DNA from: Phoronis australis
Lineage: Eukaryota > Animalia > Phoronida
Assembly (NCBI GenBank): GCA_002633005.1
Contig: NMRA01000094.1
Coordinates: 969,915-1,033,914, forward strand
Length of the DNA: 64,000 nucleotides
Direction: 5' to 3'
Part shown: piece by piece, positions 26,063-40,157 of the stretch
Layout: every line of letters begins with the position of its first letter
Position numbering within the stretch: the stretch's first letter is position 1
Program-made: the position numbers and the translations under genes
The notes under the pieces: generated by a model
Databases searched by the model: none
Seen by the model: only the letters and a program-made list of their open reading frames with translations
Told to the model about the DNA's origin: nothing

Positions 26063-26897
26063 AACAAGAGCAACACGGAGTGTTGAAATGCACCCATGAA
26101 CGCACTGCAAACCGTGTGATTGTAGTGTTGTTTATACAAATGGCCAATAGATGGTGCAAAAAACATTGAATCCAACCGAAAACGGGAACATGCCATCATT
26201 TCTTTAATATAATAGAAAGCTATTTACCAAACTTCATACAAACCTGTCAAGAAACTTCAGAGAAACAAAGGAAACGAAAAAATGAAATTGCTACTAGAGG
26301 GCACAGCATTTGTTGGATCCGCTTAAAAGTCGTCGTCTGCTGTTAGCTTCGTATAAAAACACATACTAAATTTAATAAAAATCCTGCAATGGGTTTAGGA
26401 GATACAACTATAGGTGCAAAACAATTCAAAACTACCACTGGGAGGCACCACAGTAGTCGAAGTCCTCATCGTCAACTGTCTTCTTCACACTGAGAACATA
26501 CATGCCAATTTTCAGAATCATCCATAGAATGGTTCCGTTGATAGAGAAGTGGACGCCAAAAATCAGAACCGAAAACAGCAACAATGGCCACTAGGTGGCG
26601 CAAAATACCTCGTGTCATCTCATCAATAGATGCCTATATTCCAAATTCTATGAAAATTCGTTGAGGACCTTTGAAGATACAGAGATAAACAAAAAACTAA
26701 AATTGCCACTAGGAGGCACACTGGTAGTCAGATCCATCCCAAAGTTCGCTCATGCTGTCCCATCCATGAATGGTAACATGTGCAAAATTTCGTGAACAAA
26801 TGTCGAAGAGTTTTGGAGAAAGAGCAACGGATGCCAAACGGACGCGGGACGGGGATGCAAAATGTGTCCACATAAAAACATGTGATCGCATAAAAAA
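26063..26897 (+). mobile_element. HINE/Helentron-like element, family B, with internal GCCACTAGGAGGCAC subrepeats
   Basis: 5' AACAAGAGCAA; 3' GGAC repeats, hairpin CCACATA...ATGTG and GCATAAAAA; inverted copies in SYNCRIP introns. Confidence 0.7.
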
Positions 26898-26995
26898 TGG
26901 AAATAAAGCTGGCATGGATGTTTACCCAGATGAGTATGGAATAGTTGTTCTTAGAAGATCCAGTCTCCAGACAGTCATCTGTTATTTGAATTATA

Positions 26996-27010
26996 CTATC
27001 ATTATCATCA

Positions 27011-27047
<37 letters not shown>

Positions 27048-27051
27048 CATT
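26996..27051. repeat. (ATT/ATC)n microsatellite
   Basis: Direct inspection. Confidence 0.95.
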
Positions 27052-30000
27052 GCTTTACTTTCACCAACGTCATTACTCTAAAAATAATAATTCAAAGAAA
27101 TACCAGTGGTACGGTAATACCAAACACTATTAATGGCAACAAAAGTCCTAAAATGGCAACGACGTTACTGACAAAGATTCAGCGTGGAAAATATTTTGGA
27201 AACGTTGCCTTCAGTCACAAGACATTCAATCTTAAGTCATTACAAAGATTTTGTGACTTCAACATTTTTCAAGTTTTACACAGCATTTACTGTCTTCCCT
27301 ATAATTGAAGAACTAATATGCAATACATTCAAATGAGACTATTATCCAACACCTATAAATCCTTGAATTTGAAGACTAATCTTCAGGAAATTAGGTACAA
27401 TAGCCCTACTAGAATAATTGACAGACAATAGTTAAATATTTGTTGAGGCCTGCCTTGTCTATAAATGTCTGAACACAAAACAGAAAGCATATATAAGTAA
27501 TAAACAAGGTCCATACAACAAGTTGAATGTCTATACAAAATGACATATTCCAACAGTTTCAGTAAAAAAATGAAGGGAAAATTAAGTTATTGTAGCACAT
27601 CATGAAATGTAATTGAAAAAGGGAATCATAATTTTGCATAAAACCATTAACTAATTCCTGACCTATTTAGGACACACTATGGCAAACAAGTGAAATGTGA
27701 TTTTCGCAAATTTCTCCAAGATAATAATAAAGATTTAAAACATTTTGGCACATCCATCCGAATCAGATTGGTTTGTTCTGTGAAAATGTCAAAAAACAAC
27801 TTTTGGTAAAGTGGTCATTGTTCACAAAAAACCCATTAGCCTTGGCAAGATGGAAAACGACAACTTTGATGATTAATTTTGAGCAAAATAAGACAATTTC
27901 CACAATGTTGTTTTGCGGAACCTGAAGGGGACCAAGTTTATAAAAGTTCAGCAAGCAGTGAGATGTTACTTGAGATGACCATAGTGTGCGAGATAATAAA
28001 TAATTAAATCTACTTTGCAGCACCTAGTTTGAAAATGTTCACTGGAAAGGGTCACCTTTTAGCAAAGCAAAAGTGACGACAGTTTTAGATCCTGAGTTAA
28101 TAAAAACTTTTTGGAAACTGTAAAAATGTTATTACTGGCTATTGCCAACTTAGAGAGATGCAGAATTAACTCACAACCTAGTGTTACTGTCTTGTTATCA
28201 AGAAATGATTAATCTGTTACAAGAAAGTTAATTTCTGAACAACAAAAAGCTTTCCTTGGAAAAGTATATTTGTTAATGCACAACCTATTCTATTAAGCAA
28301 CTGAGAACTTTCTTTGCAGAGATGACTTTTGGTGAAAAAGGCTCTCAAAAATAATCCATATAAAGTGCTCGTATACCAAAATAAAAACAATTAGATGGAT
28401 GTAGACACAGAACATGTGACAGGTAAAGGTATGGCATAATACACATATAAGAAAGTTATACAACAACAAAAATAGAGACTTAGCAATTATACAGATTTGA
28501 GCATGGTCTGTACTATAGAGCGATTATAAAAAACTAGTGATTTTTAAGAACATAATTGCCCTTAAAAATAGAAAAATTGAGACTTTGGCAAATTATTTTT
28601 GTGCAAAATTAGACAGGTTGTCCTATTCAATTACAAGGGAAGTGTTCAGTGGCTGTTTCTCCAAGTGTCACTGTCTATTGGCTTTTGACTTATACCTGAA
28701 GTCAGAAATCTGATTGTAAAGTGGCAAAAACTAATTTTATGACTTTGATCCTTAACCTGATTTTCGTGAAACATGCTTTAGCCATTCGTAGAGATTTTTA
28801 GCCGAAAGTCAAAAGACAAAAGCTGGAGTTTTCAAAAAAAAGGCCCCAGTAAGATGTCACTTGGGCCATGTGACACACACAAATCAACAAACTAGCAGGG
28901 GGCTGACAGGACAAACACAAGCTGTGAAAAGGTAAATGAAGTCTGATGGTCATGTTGACTGCTAAGACCCATTGTGAATAGGCAGGGTTAAAGTCAATGT
29001 TTACCCTTCTGACTGGGCGCTGCATCCAACTGGACAAACGTTTTATGTTTGCAAATAGCGCATTGGAAAGTCAATGGTCTCCTAAAACGCGATATCCCAT
29101 TTCCGATCCCTGTGTTTCCGTTCTCTTAACAGGTTCTGAGATAAATTGAGCAGCAAATGCTTCACGCTGGAGTTCAAGAGATTAGACATAAGGTCTTAGA
29201 CGCAGCAGGCTGTAATAACCATACAGGATTAAGACATACAATTGTGCTTCACATGACACATGAAAGCCAGTATAAAGAAACAGTATCCATCCACACAAAA
29301 ACTGCATTTTTGGGCTTGGATATGTTACAAGGAAACATTTGTAAACTATCAAGAGAAAAAATATTGTTTCCTTACAGTCTATAATCCCATGAATTTAGAA
29401 AATAACAGATAAACAAATGAAAAACAACATGTTGAATTTAGTGCTGTGTTACCTTTATGTCACAGAAAATGATCAACAATTTTTACAAGAAAAATACAAC
29501 AACTTGAGACTGCACCTGCTCCATCTGACTATAGCCAATTCTTCCCTTAGGGCTCAAAACTTGTCCTACGTGAAAATCTGTGGAAATAGTCCCATGAATT
29601 TTTCAAGAAATTTTAACTATGAAAAAACTTTGCCATGAGACAGAAAATCGTTATGGGACACAACCATTTGTGAAATTAATCCAGTGTATTTTTTCCTGAA
29701 ATATTTCTGGGATTTCAAAAATACACGGAAATGGCAGTCAAGTGTTATGAAAATACTAGACTTATACAAACCAACAACCCATACCTCTAGTCACCTGAAG
29801 ACAATACACATATACCAGCTTTAGGCCTGTAGGTGTGACTTCTTTGTAATGTTCATTTGACCTGGGGCGCAAATGAGTCTGCATAGGCAGGACATAAATT
29901 AAAATTGTAAAACCTCTTACTTATCAAGGTTCCCAATCCAACTTATGCACAGTCACCAAGTCAAATGCCAGCCAATATTTTTTTAAACATCACATCAAAG

Positions 30001-30761
30001 GTCACCAGTTGTGTTGAGTAATTGAGGCAGCAGGTAAAAGTCATGGGATATTTCAGCCCAATTGAAACACCTTGTTTATCACCAGCTGTCAAACCCATTC
30101 ACTTGTTCAATGGCAAACAACAATTGTCTAGATGACAGGGTAAAACAAGACAGAATTTTACAAATATTCCTGAGTTTGCTTCTATGACAAGGGATTAAAT
30201 CAGAGTATCTTTTCTAGGTAATAATGGAACTCTGCAGCAACCCTAGGTAAGATAATGGGTTCTAATAATCGTTACAAATGATGCCCCTTGTATAAATTCA
30301 TTCACTAACAAGCAGGCAAAAATCTTACACAGTACTCAAACCAATTACAATAGATGGAATGCTCTCCTTTTCATAGACACTTTTATTGAACAAAATACAT
30401 TATTACTTTTGGTTTTAATAGGACATAGTTATGAAGCATTATTTGATTTGTTTTGTCCAAAGATTAATTGAAAAAAAAATAGCTCTGCAGCTTGGAACAC
30501 AGGTTACACAAAAGCTAGACTTTTGATATAGAGTATACAAAAGCTATATTTTTGTAAGCCATTTTCTAAGTTCATTGTGACATTATGAAATAATCCTTGT
30601 AACTACATGGACATGATGGTGCTATGATGTATTTGCCAAGAATGGTCTTTTGCAATTACAGACTGTCAGTTATTGAATGACCAAACAAATCACTTCTTCT
30701 AATTTTTGACAGCGGTTTAAGAGAAGTTGCAACCCATCAGTTACTTCAGTTTTAACTTCTC

Positions 30762-31143
30762 GTCTGAACACAAACTGGGGCAGGGTGTCCGAACACTAAC
30801 TGGGGCAGTGTGCCTGAACACAAACTGGGGCAGGGCGTCCGAACTCAAACTGGGGCAGGGCGTCCGAACACAAACTGGGGCAGGGCGTCCAAACACAAAC
30901 TGAGGCANNNNNNNNNNNNNNNNNNNNNNNNNNNNNNNNNNNNNNNNNNNNNNNNNNNNNNNNNNNNNTCTGAACACAAACAGGGGCAGGGTGTCTGAAC
31001 ACAAACTGGGGCAGGGCGTCTGAACACAAACTGGGGCAGGGCGTCCAAACACAAACAGGAGCAGGGTGTCTGAACACAAACTGGGCAGGGTGTCTGAACA
31101 CAAACTGGGGCAGGGCGTCTGAGCACAAACTGGGGTAGGGCAG
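30762..31143. repeat. ~26-bp minisatellite (CTGAACACAAACTGGGGCAGGGCGT) spanning an N gap
   Basis: Direct inspection. Confidence 0.93.
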
Positions 31144-32339
31144 TAGTGTATATACGGGTGATGCGTTATCATTTCGAGTGGTTTGGAAATTCCCTTTTGT
31201 TAATGCAAGCATGCGCAGATAGTCTTTGTGTAAAGGACTCATGTTGAACCAACTTGCCATCTAATGCCGTGTAATTGCAAGTCGCGCCGTGACAACTCGC
31301 AACGTGACAACTCTTCTCCGTGTCAAAACACCTTTATACTATGTGAATATGCCACGTTTTACGGTAAAAATTCTCAAATTTGGAACAGTGAAAATTCATT
31401 ATTTTGCTCAAGGTCAGATCATGTCCCAAATTCTAGAAATAGACAATGTTGGACGTCCCAAATTCAAGAATCAAAGGAAAAATGGCAAAATTTACCAATC
31501 TGTAGATTGAAAACACATTGTAAGAAATTTGAGAAATATGGTGAACGCCAAAATCACCCTAATAATCCCAAATTCCAGAATGAAAAAATTTTTCTGGGTT
31601 TTCCGTACTCCAAATTCTAGACTGTCCCTAATTGGAGAACTTTTACCATAGTGCAGCGTTATTCTCAAATTGATGAATCTTGCTCAAGTGTTTATGATCT
31701 CCATGGAACACAGTTAAAATACTAAGTATGGACGCAGATACTAATAGACTTGGTGCAACCCTTTATAAATTTATGTACAACTTTGCAACAATCTGGGCAA
31801 AAGGTGAGCAAAACAAAATCTGGCACAAACTTAGTTATTAAAAAGTATATTCTACCTTGATTAATTTAATTCGATTACTACCACAAAAAGAATGCAAAAC
31901 TAACCTGTTATTCTGCAATTAAATTTGCAGAGGGAACATATGGGTCAACTTTAAGAGATGTTGGCCAATATGTTTTTGTTGATTCTTCAACCCATTACCG
32001 GTACTCTTATTTCACAAGCTTGCATACAGTTAACAACAAATTACCAGAAGTAGTTGTATTTCATGGACAGTTTTGAGACTTTCATTACCAGTTAATGGAA
32101 ATATGAAGGAAACTTTTCTTTAGGTATCATTTCCCAAAAAACGCCAGTTCACAAGAAAAAAACAAGCAAATGGTCCCAATCTCAAGAGTGTACCGTTCAT
32201 GTTTGATTTTTCTTTGTTTCAAAAGTGGCAGAGTGATGTATGAGAATGACTTTCATCTGATTGTCTTTCATTTAAACGGACAAGTTAAGTGTCATCTCAA
32301 TGTCTGAGACTATTACTAATGCAAGGTTGGGCATGTAGA

Positions 32340-33674
32340 TTTTGATGGCTGATATAAAGTTGATTGTGAGAGGACCATAAATACAGGTACAGCCAACTGA
32401 AATAGTGAGCATTGTTTAAATTTTTACACACCACTATCTTTGTTTTCATGATTAGTCATACACAGCCATCTAGCTGGCTAGGAAGGAATGTAGCAGGTGC
32501 CTAGTTAATATGCCAAATATACTGTACGCACTCTGGGTCCACTATAAGCAATTGTTTTAGAAATTACATCACAGTTTTCTTCAGATATTTAAGGCTGGGG
32601 CCCTAACCATGGATCTACTGCATACTAGGGCACTGGTCTATAACGGCTATGGCAGTTTATGATTTTGAGAACCAGGCAATCACCGACAAGCGGCCATTCG
32701 CCGGTGTACGATGCATTTTAGGCAGAAATCATTTCCCCATATTCTTGCCGCGAAGTGTGAGTCGGGAAGATGCTCAAATAGCAACACAGTCACACAAACG
32801 CAGTTCCACTATAGAGCACAGGCTTGTAGGGGAACTGGTTCACTCAGGCCTCTCTCACCAGCTCACCGAGTAGAGGCCTTCCCTTGGCNNNNNNNNNNNN
32901 NNNNNNNNNNNNNNNNNNNNNNNNNNNNNNNNNNNNNNNNNNNNNNNNNNNNNNNNNNNNNNNNNNNNNNNNNNNNNNNNNNNNNNNNNNNNNNNNNNNN
33001 NNNNNNNNNNNNNNNNNNNNNNNNNNNNNNNNNNNNNNNNNNNNNNNNNNNNNNNNNNNNNNNNNNNNNNNNNNNNNNNNNNNNNNNNNNNNNNNNNNNN
33101 NNNNNNNNNNNNNNNNNNNNNNNNNNNNTTTTGATGGCTGATATAAAGTTGATTGTGAGAGGACCATAAATACAGGTACAGCCAACTGAAATAGTGAGCA
33201 TTGTTTAAATTTTTACACACCACTATCTTTGTTTTCATGATTAGTCATACACAGCCATCTAGCTGGCTAGGAATGAAGCAGGTGCCTAGTTAATATGCCA
33301 AATATACTGATACGCACTCTGGGTCCACTATAAGCAATTGTTTTAGAAATTACATCACTGTTTTCTTCAGATATTTAAGGCTGGGCCCCTAACCATGGAT
33401 CTACTGCATACTAGGGCACTGGTCTATAACGGCTATGGCAGTTTATGATTTTGAGAACCAGGCAATCACCGACCAGCGGCCATTCGCCGGTGTACGATGC
33501 ATTTTAGGCAGAAATCATTTCCCCATATTCTTGCCGCGAAGTGTGAGTCGGGAACATGCTCAAATAGCAACACAGTCACACAAACGCAGTTCCACTATAG
33601 AGCACAGGCTTGTAGGGGAACTGGTTCACTCAGGCCTCTCTCACCAGCTCACCGAGTAGAGGCCTTCCCTTGGC
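32340..33674. repeat. ~545-bp duplication flanking the gap at 32889-33128; probable uncollapsed haplotypes
   Basis: 32340-32888 and 33129-33674 differ only by a few SNPs and small indels. Confidence 0.85.
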
Positions 33675-33777
33675 GTACACTGCAGTAGACGCCGACTTCT
33701 GCTCTGTCCGGCGTCGGCAACCCGTCTTCTCTAAGTCGCTGGACACTCTAAGTCTAATTTAGGTAAGTATCACTTAC

Positions 33778-33863
33778 CTGTCGTCATAGGCAAAATTGGC
33801 GTTGAGAGTGTTAAGATAAAGCACAAGACTTAAGGCGGACGACACAATCAACGGCCAATCCAT
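33778..33863 (-). CDS. TMTC2: TMTC2-like O-mannosyltransferase, coding exon 1 (MDWPLIVSSALSLVLYLNTLNANFAYDDS)
   Basis: Not in the ORF track; read manually. Resembles the TMTC2 N-terminus (SSALGLALYLNTLSADFCYDDS). Ends AG|GTAAGT in phase 2, matching exon 2. Confidence 0.92.
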
Positions 33864-33990
33864 TACCACTCCATGTCGCGCTCATTGCAAACTGAGCAGC
33901 AGCCTTTTTATGTCAACATGGCCAGGTGTCACAACGCATGCGCACCGAGGGACGATTTGTTGACATTTGGAGCGTCCTCTTACGAAATGT
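33864..33990 (-). promoter_or_regulatory. TMTC2 5' UTR / proximal promoter with NRF1-like (CGCATGCGCA, ~33935-33944) and YY1-like (GCCATGTT) motifs
   Basis: CpG-richer sequence directly upstream of the start codon; motifs seen by eye. TSS unknown. Confidence 0.45.
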
Positions 33991-36519
33991 AGTCTAACCA
34001 GGGAATGGCTTGTCAAACAACTTTTTGTATTTTCGCTTGGTATGCGCTAGAATTAAAATTGATGCCTCTTTGACACTGATAAAAAGTTCACATGTAAGTC
34101 TGCATAAGAGCAATGGGCTCAAATTTTATTTCTTTATGAAGCTGAGACCGAAGACCGGGCAGGAAATTTAAACAATTCAGTGCTGGAACTGCGGCTGAAA
34201 AATTCTCGGTGACCGTGACAGCGGCGTAATAGAAATTTGAGGAGATATTTTTGCAGCTTGCGGTGAACTCGTCATTGTGTTAAATAAAGGCGCCAGAAGC
34301 CTCACAAAATCTCTGTTACGTCCCAAAGGCTCGACAACACTTTCGCACAGATCGCATTAATATTTAATGTAAATTTGTACAACTTGGCAAACACGGGTCC
34401 TTAATGATAGGTTAAATAAATCGAATAGAATGCTTAGTTTTATGTTTGAGTGTTTAATTCAGACTAGTTAAATTCTTTAAAGGGATTTAACATTGCTTGG
34501 CACAATTGAATGTGAGGAAACAGTGATATCAATTTCACGAATACAAAACTGATGATTTCAGTGTGAGTTGCACAAATAAAAACGGCCCTGGAATTTTGCA
34601 AGTGGACGAATCCAACAGAAAATTTGATGCTGTAAATAAAACGTAGCAAGCGAAATAATTAAACAGCATTGTCATAAAACTAACATGATATCACAAATTC
34701 GGGAACACATAAAAGTTAACTTCCTTGTTATAACAAATCGGCCTATTTTGCTATTAAATAGACACAAAGATTGTTTTAAAAAAAGATCAAAATCTGTCAC
34801 CAATCAATATCGTATGATAGATGCAGCAGGTGCATCTATCATACGATGTAATGTATGGGATCGTGCTAATGTTTGAGGATTTAAAACTCCACTCTTCACC
34901 TTTCTTCAAAAGCAAAAAATTATCTTTTTCCCAAAGGTCTCGGTGAACCCGGCATACAAGCGATGTAGGCTTGTTTGCCATGCAAGACTGAATTCAGCGG
35001 TGCGAAAACATAAGCGCAAACGTTGAACAGATGTAATTTTATGCAACTAGGTCGGGTTCCCTGAATACATGTCTAAAATGGATTGTAGACTGACATTGTT
35101 AAATAATAAGGTTCCACCGTCAATGTTTCAATCAATACCAGGGAATTTCTCATTTGTCTGAGTAGGAAATTGAGACAACTCTGACAATATTTTTTTCTAG
35201 GAAGTTGTCCATTGTTAAGAAATAATCTTTTTACTTTGTATTCTGTTATTCGCTTTGAAAATTGAATGTGCAGATGAGGAAGTATGTCACATTGTCTCAA
35301 AATTAATACAAATGCTCAACTATAATTTCCTTATCCACATTATCCGTTGTCCAACTCCTTCAGATGCACGAGACGGTCAGAGACGTTACCTTGACCACGG
35401 CAAGTTCGTCACCGATTTGTTTTAACACGGCGGCGACTGAATACATAGAAATTACGCAATGTTTGGTCAGTGAAAGCGCTGATTTACCATCTCTGTTGAC
35501 ACTAGTCGACTGTGTTTAATTGCTAAATATGCTTATGTCTGAACACGTAGAATTTGAAAATTAATCAGATTGATTAACAATGATAGATTACTTGGAGTTT
35601 AGTGACGTCTCATGGACATAATTTGGCTATGTACAAGCTTGCTTGTTTTTGTCTTGGTTATTTCTGCTTTCTGGACTTTCTGTTGTGTGTGCAACATTGA
35701 AAAAACAACAAAACCTCGCAGAAAATTCAATTTTAATTAAAGTCATTTGCCGTTATTATGCAGGTATAAAATTGTTCTTTACTCAGGCTGAAAGTATTTT
35801 CTAGGGCTGAGTAGAACCAAAGTGAGACCATGACCGTCTCAACCATGACTTGCAGTGTTCAACCAACTTGTTGACTGCCTGGGTTCAAGTGGCCGCTTGC
35901 ATGAAATAGTCACAAATAGGGACTCAACTAAGTTTCCTAAAATATCTGCGTATTTTTGGGCTTGTGAGTATCATTATCATACCAATTTTTGGCTTTGATA
36001 TAAATTGAGAGTGGACTCTACGTTGATTTCTTAATATTACTGAAAATAAGTAGGGATCTTTTCATGTAACTCCCGTAATTCTAAGGACGAAGTCCCTAAT
36101 TATTGTTGGAATTAGGGGCTCAGTTTTTAGTTATATTATGTGAAAATGTCACCAGTCAAAGAGGAGCTTATAATAAAGATAAAATGAAAATATTACATCT
36201 GTGCGAGTAAAGAATGAAACCACTTCGCAAAAGTTTTTTGGGAACTTAGTTATGTCCTATATTTGGGACTGTTTCATGCATCTGGTCACTGGACTCTAAA
36301 CAACTAAACTGTTAGCTCTCTCCAAATCCATGTATCTCACATCTAATCGTTTAATAAAAACAAAACGAGACCCGTCTCATAACAGTAAATGGCGTGAATA
36401 AAAAACTTATTTTCCAATAAATCGAGTTACCTCAGGTAAGAATCATGAGAACATCTTTGTCAAAAAACCGTGACCGAATTAAAAGTTAAAGTTAAACCGA
36501 GTCCACTCAAGCTGGGATC

Positions 36520-36655
36520 ATTGTCATTATTATTATTGTTATTGTTATTGTTATTATTAGTGTTGGTGTTAGTTTTAGTGTTAGTGTTAGTGTTATTGTT
36601 ATTGTTACCATTATATCATTATTTTTATCATTATATCTTTATCCTCTTATTATCG
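36520..36655. repeat. (TTA/TTG/TTAGTG)n simple repeat
   Basis: Direct inspection. Confidence 0.9.
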
Positions 36656-39099
36656 TAAACATAACTTTTCAAAAAGTATCATTACATTTGGTGAAACAAC
36701 AATAGGAAATCGGTAAACCAAGTTTCTCATCTTACCACCAAGATCCCCACCTAAGGCTGCTCTAGTGATTCAAGTTGCACTATATTTCATTTCCACCCTG
36801 TCCGCATTTTGCTGTAAGTACGGTGTATGATACAGAGAACACAGTCTACAAATAAAGTGATATCATGCAATTCAAAACCAAGCATAATTCGTACTCATCA
36901 CCTGAAAAAAGCATTGGTTCTTTAGCCAACTCAAAGACAGGCACGTGTAGAGGCACATTAGGCAAGTACTGCCGGTCTACTGATAAAAATGGGAAATTTC
37001 ACAAAGCCATCAAAGAATTAGACTACACTTCTATTTAATTTGCAAGGTTCGACGATAACTATGAAATTACTATTTATGTGTATCGTATATGCGCGTATTT
37101 AAGCTTATAGTCTACATCCGAAATCAATGCGTTTTTTCAAAGAAAATTGTTAACTCCTCGTTTGTTTCGCCTTAGCATATAGGCGCATGTACTTATAGGC
37201 GCATGTGCTTATAGGCTCAGACGGGTATCTTTCATACTGGCGCATACCTTGTTGTGAATACAGGAACACGCATTGTCCGAAACATTTTTACGCGGCTTGG
37301 CACACCTATTTCCTAGACTTTATTTCAGATACAGGGCCGTAGGAAGCGGGGGCGTGCCCCCCAAAAAAATTGCAGGCGTCAGGGTCAAGGCGTGGGGCCG
37401 GAGATAGCTGAGAAAAGAAAGACTGCGAATACGAATAAGACTGAGAATACGGGTAAGAGAAAAAATTCAAAAGAACATGTGTCCCTAGCCAGAACATGGG
37501 TCGTCTAAACGCACTTGAAAACGTTCTTCTTAAGATGTCCCATTTCAGACAGGACCCTCTCTCGGTGCGGCGGTTCGGGAGAATTGTCCCTTTGTCCCTC
37601 TGTACACCTCCGACATTACACTGCCAAGTATTCACGAGTGGAATAAGTCGAGATTACAAATTCATCAAAAACACAAAACATTCGTGCACAGCACAGCAGT
37701 ATCAAGACATTCGACCCAAACAACCAGAGAATGCGAAAAATACAATAAGATTGACCACCATCGAAAAGGTGGAATTTTGAAGCGCTTATTTGAGAATTAC
37801 ACAAACGGATTATTTCCGATGGTTAGTTATAAAATCATATTACTTTTTTCCCACAGTATCACAAAAATGGCATTTCTTTTGAAGATCGTTACAAGAAGTT
37901 GTTTTCACATCGGCGGCGCAGCACTGAAAAAAGTGGAGGACTAAAGCCCCCCCCCCTAGCTCCCCTGTGGTTGTCGAACGGGGATACTTGTATTCAAAGT
38001 ACTCGCAATCATAAGCAAAGATTTCAGAGTTTGATTGAAGTTGACGTTTAACCCGTTATCCGTTATAGTTACATCTGACTAAAATGAGCAAAAATGCACT
38101 TAATACGTGTGTCCGTCTCTCGTGTTAACCCCGCTTACCCGTCCGTCAAACATCTGCGAGCATGCCTTTGGTAATTGACGATAACATTCCCGGCGTTTTG
38201 AGAAACAAATTCATTGGTTTCTGATTTGCGCGTTTATGTATCTCGAAAATCGACAGATTCATTGATGTTTTTTGACAATTAGAAGCTAATATTGTAAGAA
38301 TTGATGACGTTTCAGTGAATTAAGTTGCAGCCTGAAGTTGAAAAAACTCTATAATCCGATCCCTAAATGGTAAGCTTCACTTAGACGATTTTTGTTTATC
38401 TAAAATAAATTTGAAAGACACTGATGAAATTGGGACAGTTCCTAAAAATATACTCACAGCTACACGGCTATCAAGAACACTCAGAAATTTGGCTTATATA
38501 TATATATGAGCTCGATGATAGTGAGTTGGAATACATGCCATTATTCATTGGTAGTTTTAAAACTTAAATCAAAGATTTCGTCACAACAACTTAGTTCAAT
38601 ACTCAGTTTCAGTGTCCAGAACTCACGGTATTCACTTCCTCTCGTGATCCAGATTATAATGTGCAAGCGTTTGTGTTTAGCTCAGACACAATGCCTCTTG
38701 GCGCTTTTTAGGTCTGTATAATTATTGTAACATTTAAAAAAATCGTGGAGATCGGACGAAATTTGCGACTTGTAGAGTACGAACAAACAAACAAAACAAA
38801 AAAAGAAGAAACAAACTTAGCGTCAGAGCAACATACTTTGCGAATTTCGCCTAGAACAAACTTTTTCTTCAGTTTCATCACCACATTCAATTGCACAAAT
38901 AAATCTTGAAGTCCAGCTGATCGAATTTGTCCTTCGTATCTTCTTTATAAAAAAGTGTCTAGGAATCCCCTCGCTGGATCCCTGCGTGCCACTAGGTGGT
39001 AGCCAGCTGGCTACGAAGCGGCACGCAGGCAACCAGCGAGATTGGGCTAAACAATGAGATAAATATAACTATTTATATAGTTCATTTGGGCTAAACCGA

Positions 39100-39271
39100 T
39101 CAGTGCCATCTTGAGGCTTAGGAACGAAGCTGAGGAGGTCCCGGACATTGTCGGGAAAAGACGAGATGACACGATTATATCTAGCACATGCCACTTCGCC
39201 GCCATCTTTAAATTTGCAAGGACAAAGCGCTCCTCAATTTTCTTAAAATTATTAAGTTTAATCTCTCAAAA
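39100..39271 (+). promoter_or_regulatory. Probable promoter and non-coding first exon of SYNCRIP
   Basis: YY1-type GCCATCTT motifs at ~39105 and ~39201 in CpG-richer sequence, followed by AAA|GTAAGT at 39272. The first coding exon has an acceptor 1 nt before the ATG, implying an upstream exon. Confidence 0.6.
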
Positions 39272-40157
39272 GTAAGTGATATTTAATGTTGTGTCATCAA
39301 AATAAGTTCTACAGCATTATTTTTTTCAAACATTTGTATATCTACTTGTTTTGTAGTGGTAATTTTACGAATCTTGAAGAGTTGTTCGTCGGTTAGTTTC
39401 GAGTTAGGTTCCGTCGGACATTTTTCTTGCGACTCTTTGTTTCTGCAATTTGACTTCATAGCTCTTGTGAAAATTTATATTTTCTCACTTTGTTTTCTCA
39501 GTATCAAGTCAAGTACTCTTTGGGGGGACATTCTCATGAGAGCTATGAGAAATGAGCGGTAGAATGGTGAATATGCCCGTGCAGGCTACACCGGCAAAAT
39601 GTCCGCCATCTTGCCTTAGACTACTGGTTTATTGCCTGGTGCTAAAATCGGCATTGATTTTATTCCTAAATTTTGTAAAAGTGGCGTGTGTTATTGTTTA
39701 CAATCCGACTCCAGGTAATTGTTTACAATACGACGACATTGACCTACACACATGATTTTGGTATTGTTCGATTCCTTGCAGCGTTCTCTTTCCAAATCTA
39801 TACTGGGGAACCCAATGTTCGTCCGCCTAAGCATAAAACCGACTTGCTGTTGTACTCACCGAATTATTCCACTTCAAAGTTATGATCTGAATAGGATTCG
39901 ATTTAACTCTCACAGATATACCGCATTCATCGATTCGGAAGTTTTCTTTAATTTGTGCCGAGTTATTTCAAATGTGCACTGCCTTCGGCAGCCATTTTAT
40001 TGTGATACCTAAGGTCGTCATATGCTGCCCCCTTTTGTAAAAACTGAGAAACATGCAGAAAAAGGCCAACGAAGTAATGAAAATTGCAACAGCCTGTTTT
40101 TATTGACATAAACTCGATTTGAAGCTTTGATGTTGAGCTCTGCACTGTGGTTTCCAN

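Noticed and set aside
36470-36658. Poly-Leu/Val ORF resembling a signal or TM peptide (also the poly-Ile ORF at 26770-27081)
   Set aside because: Translation of simple TTA/ATT microsatellites.
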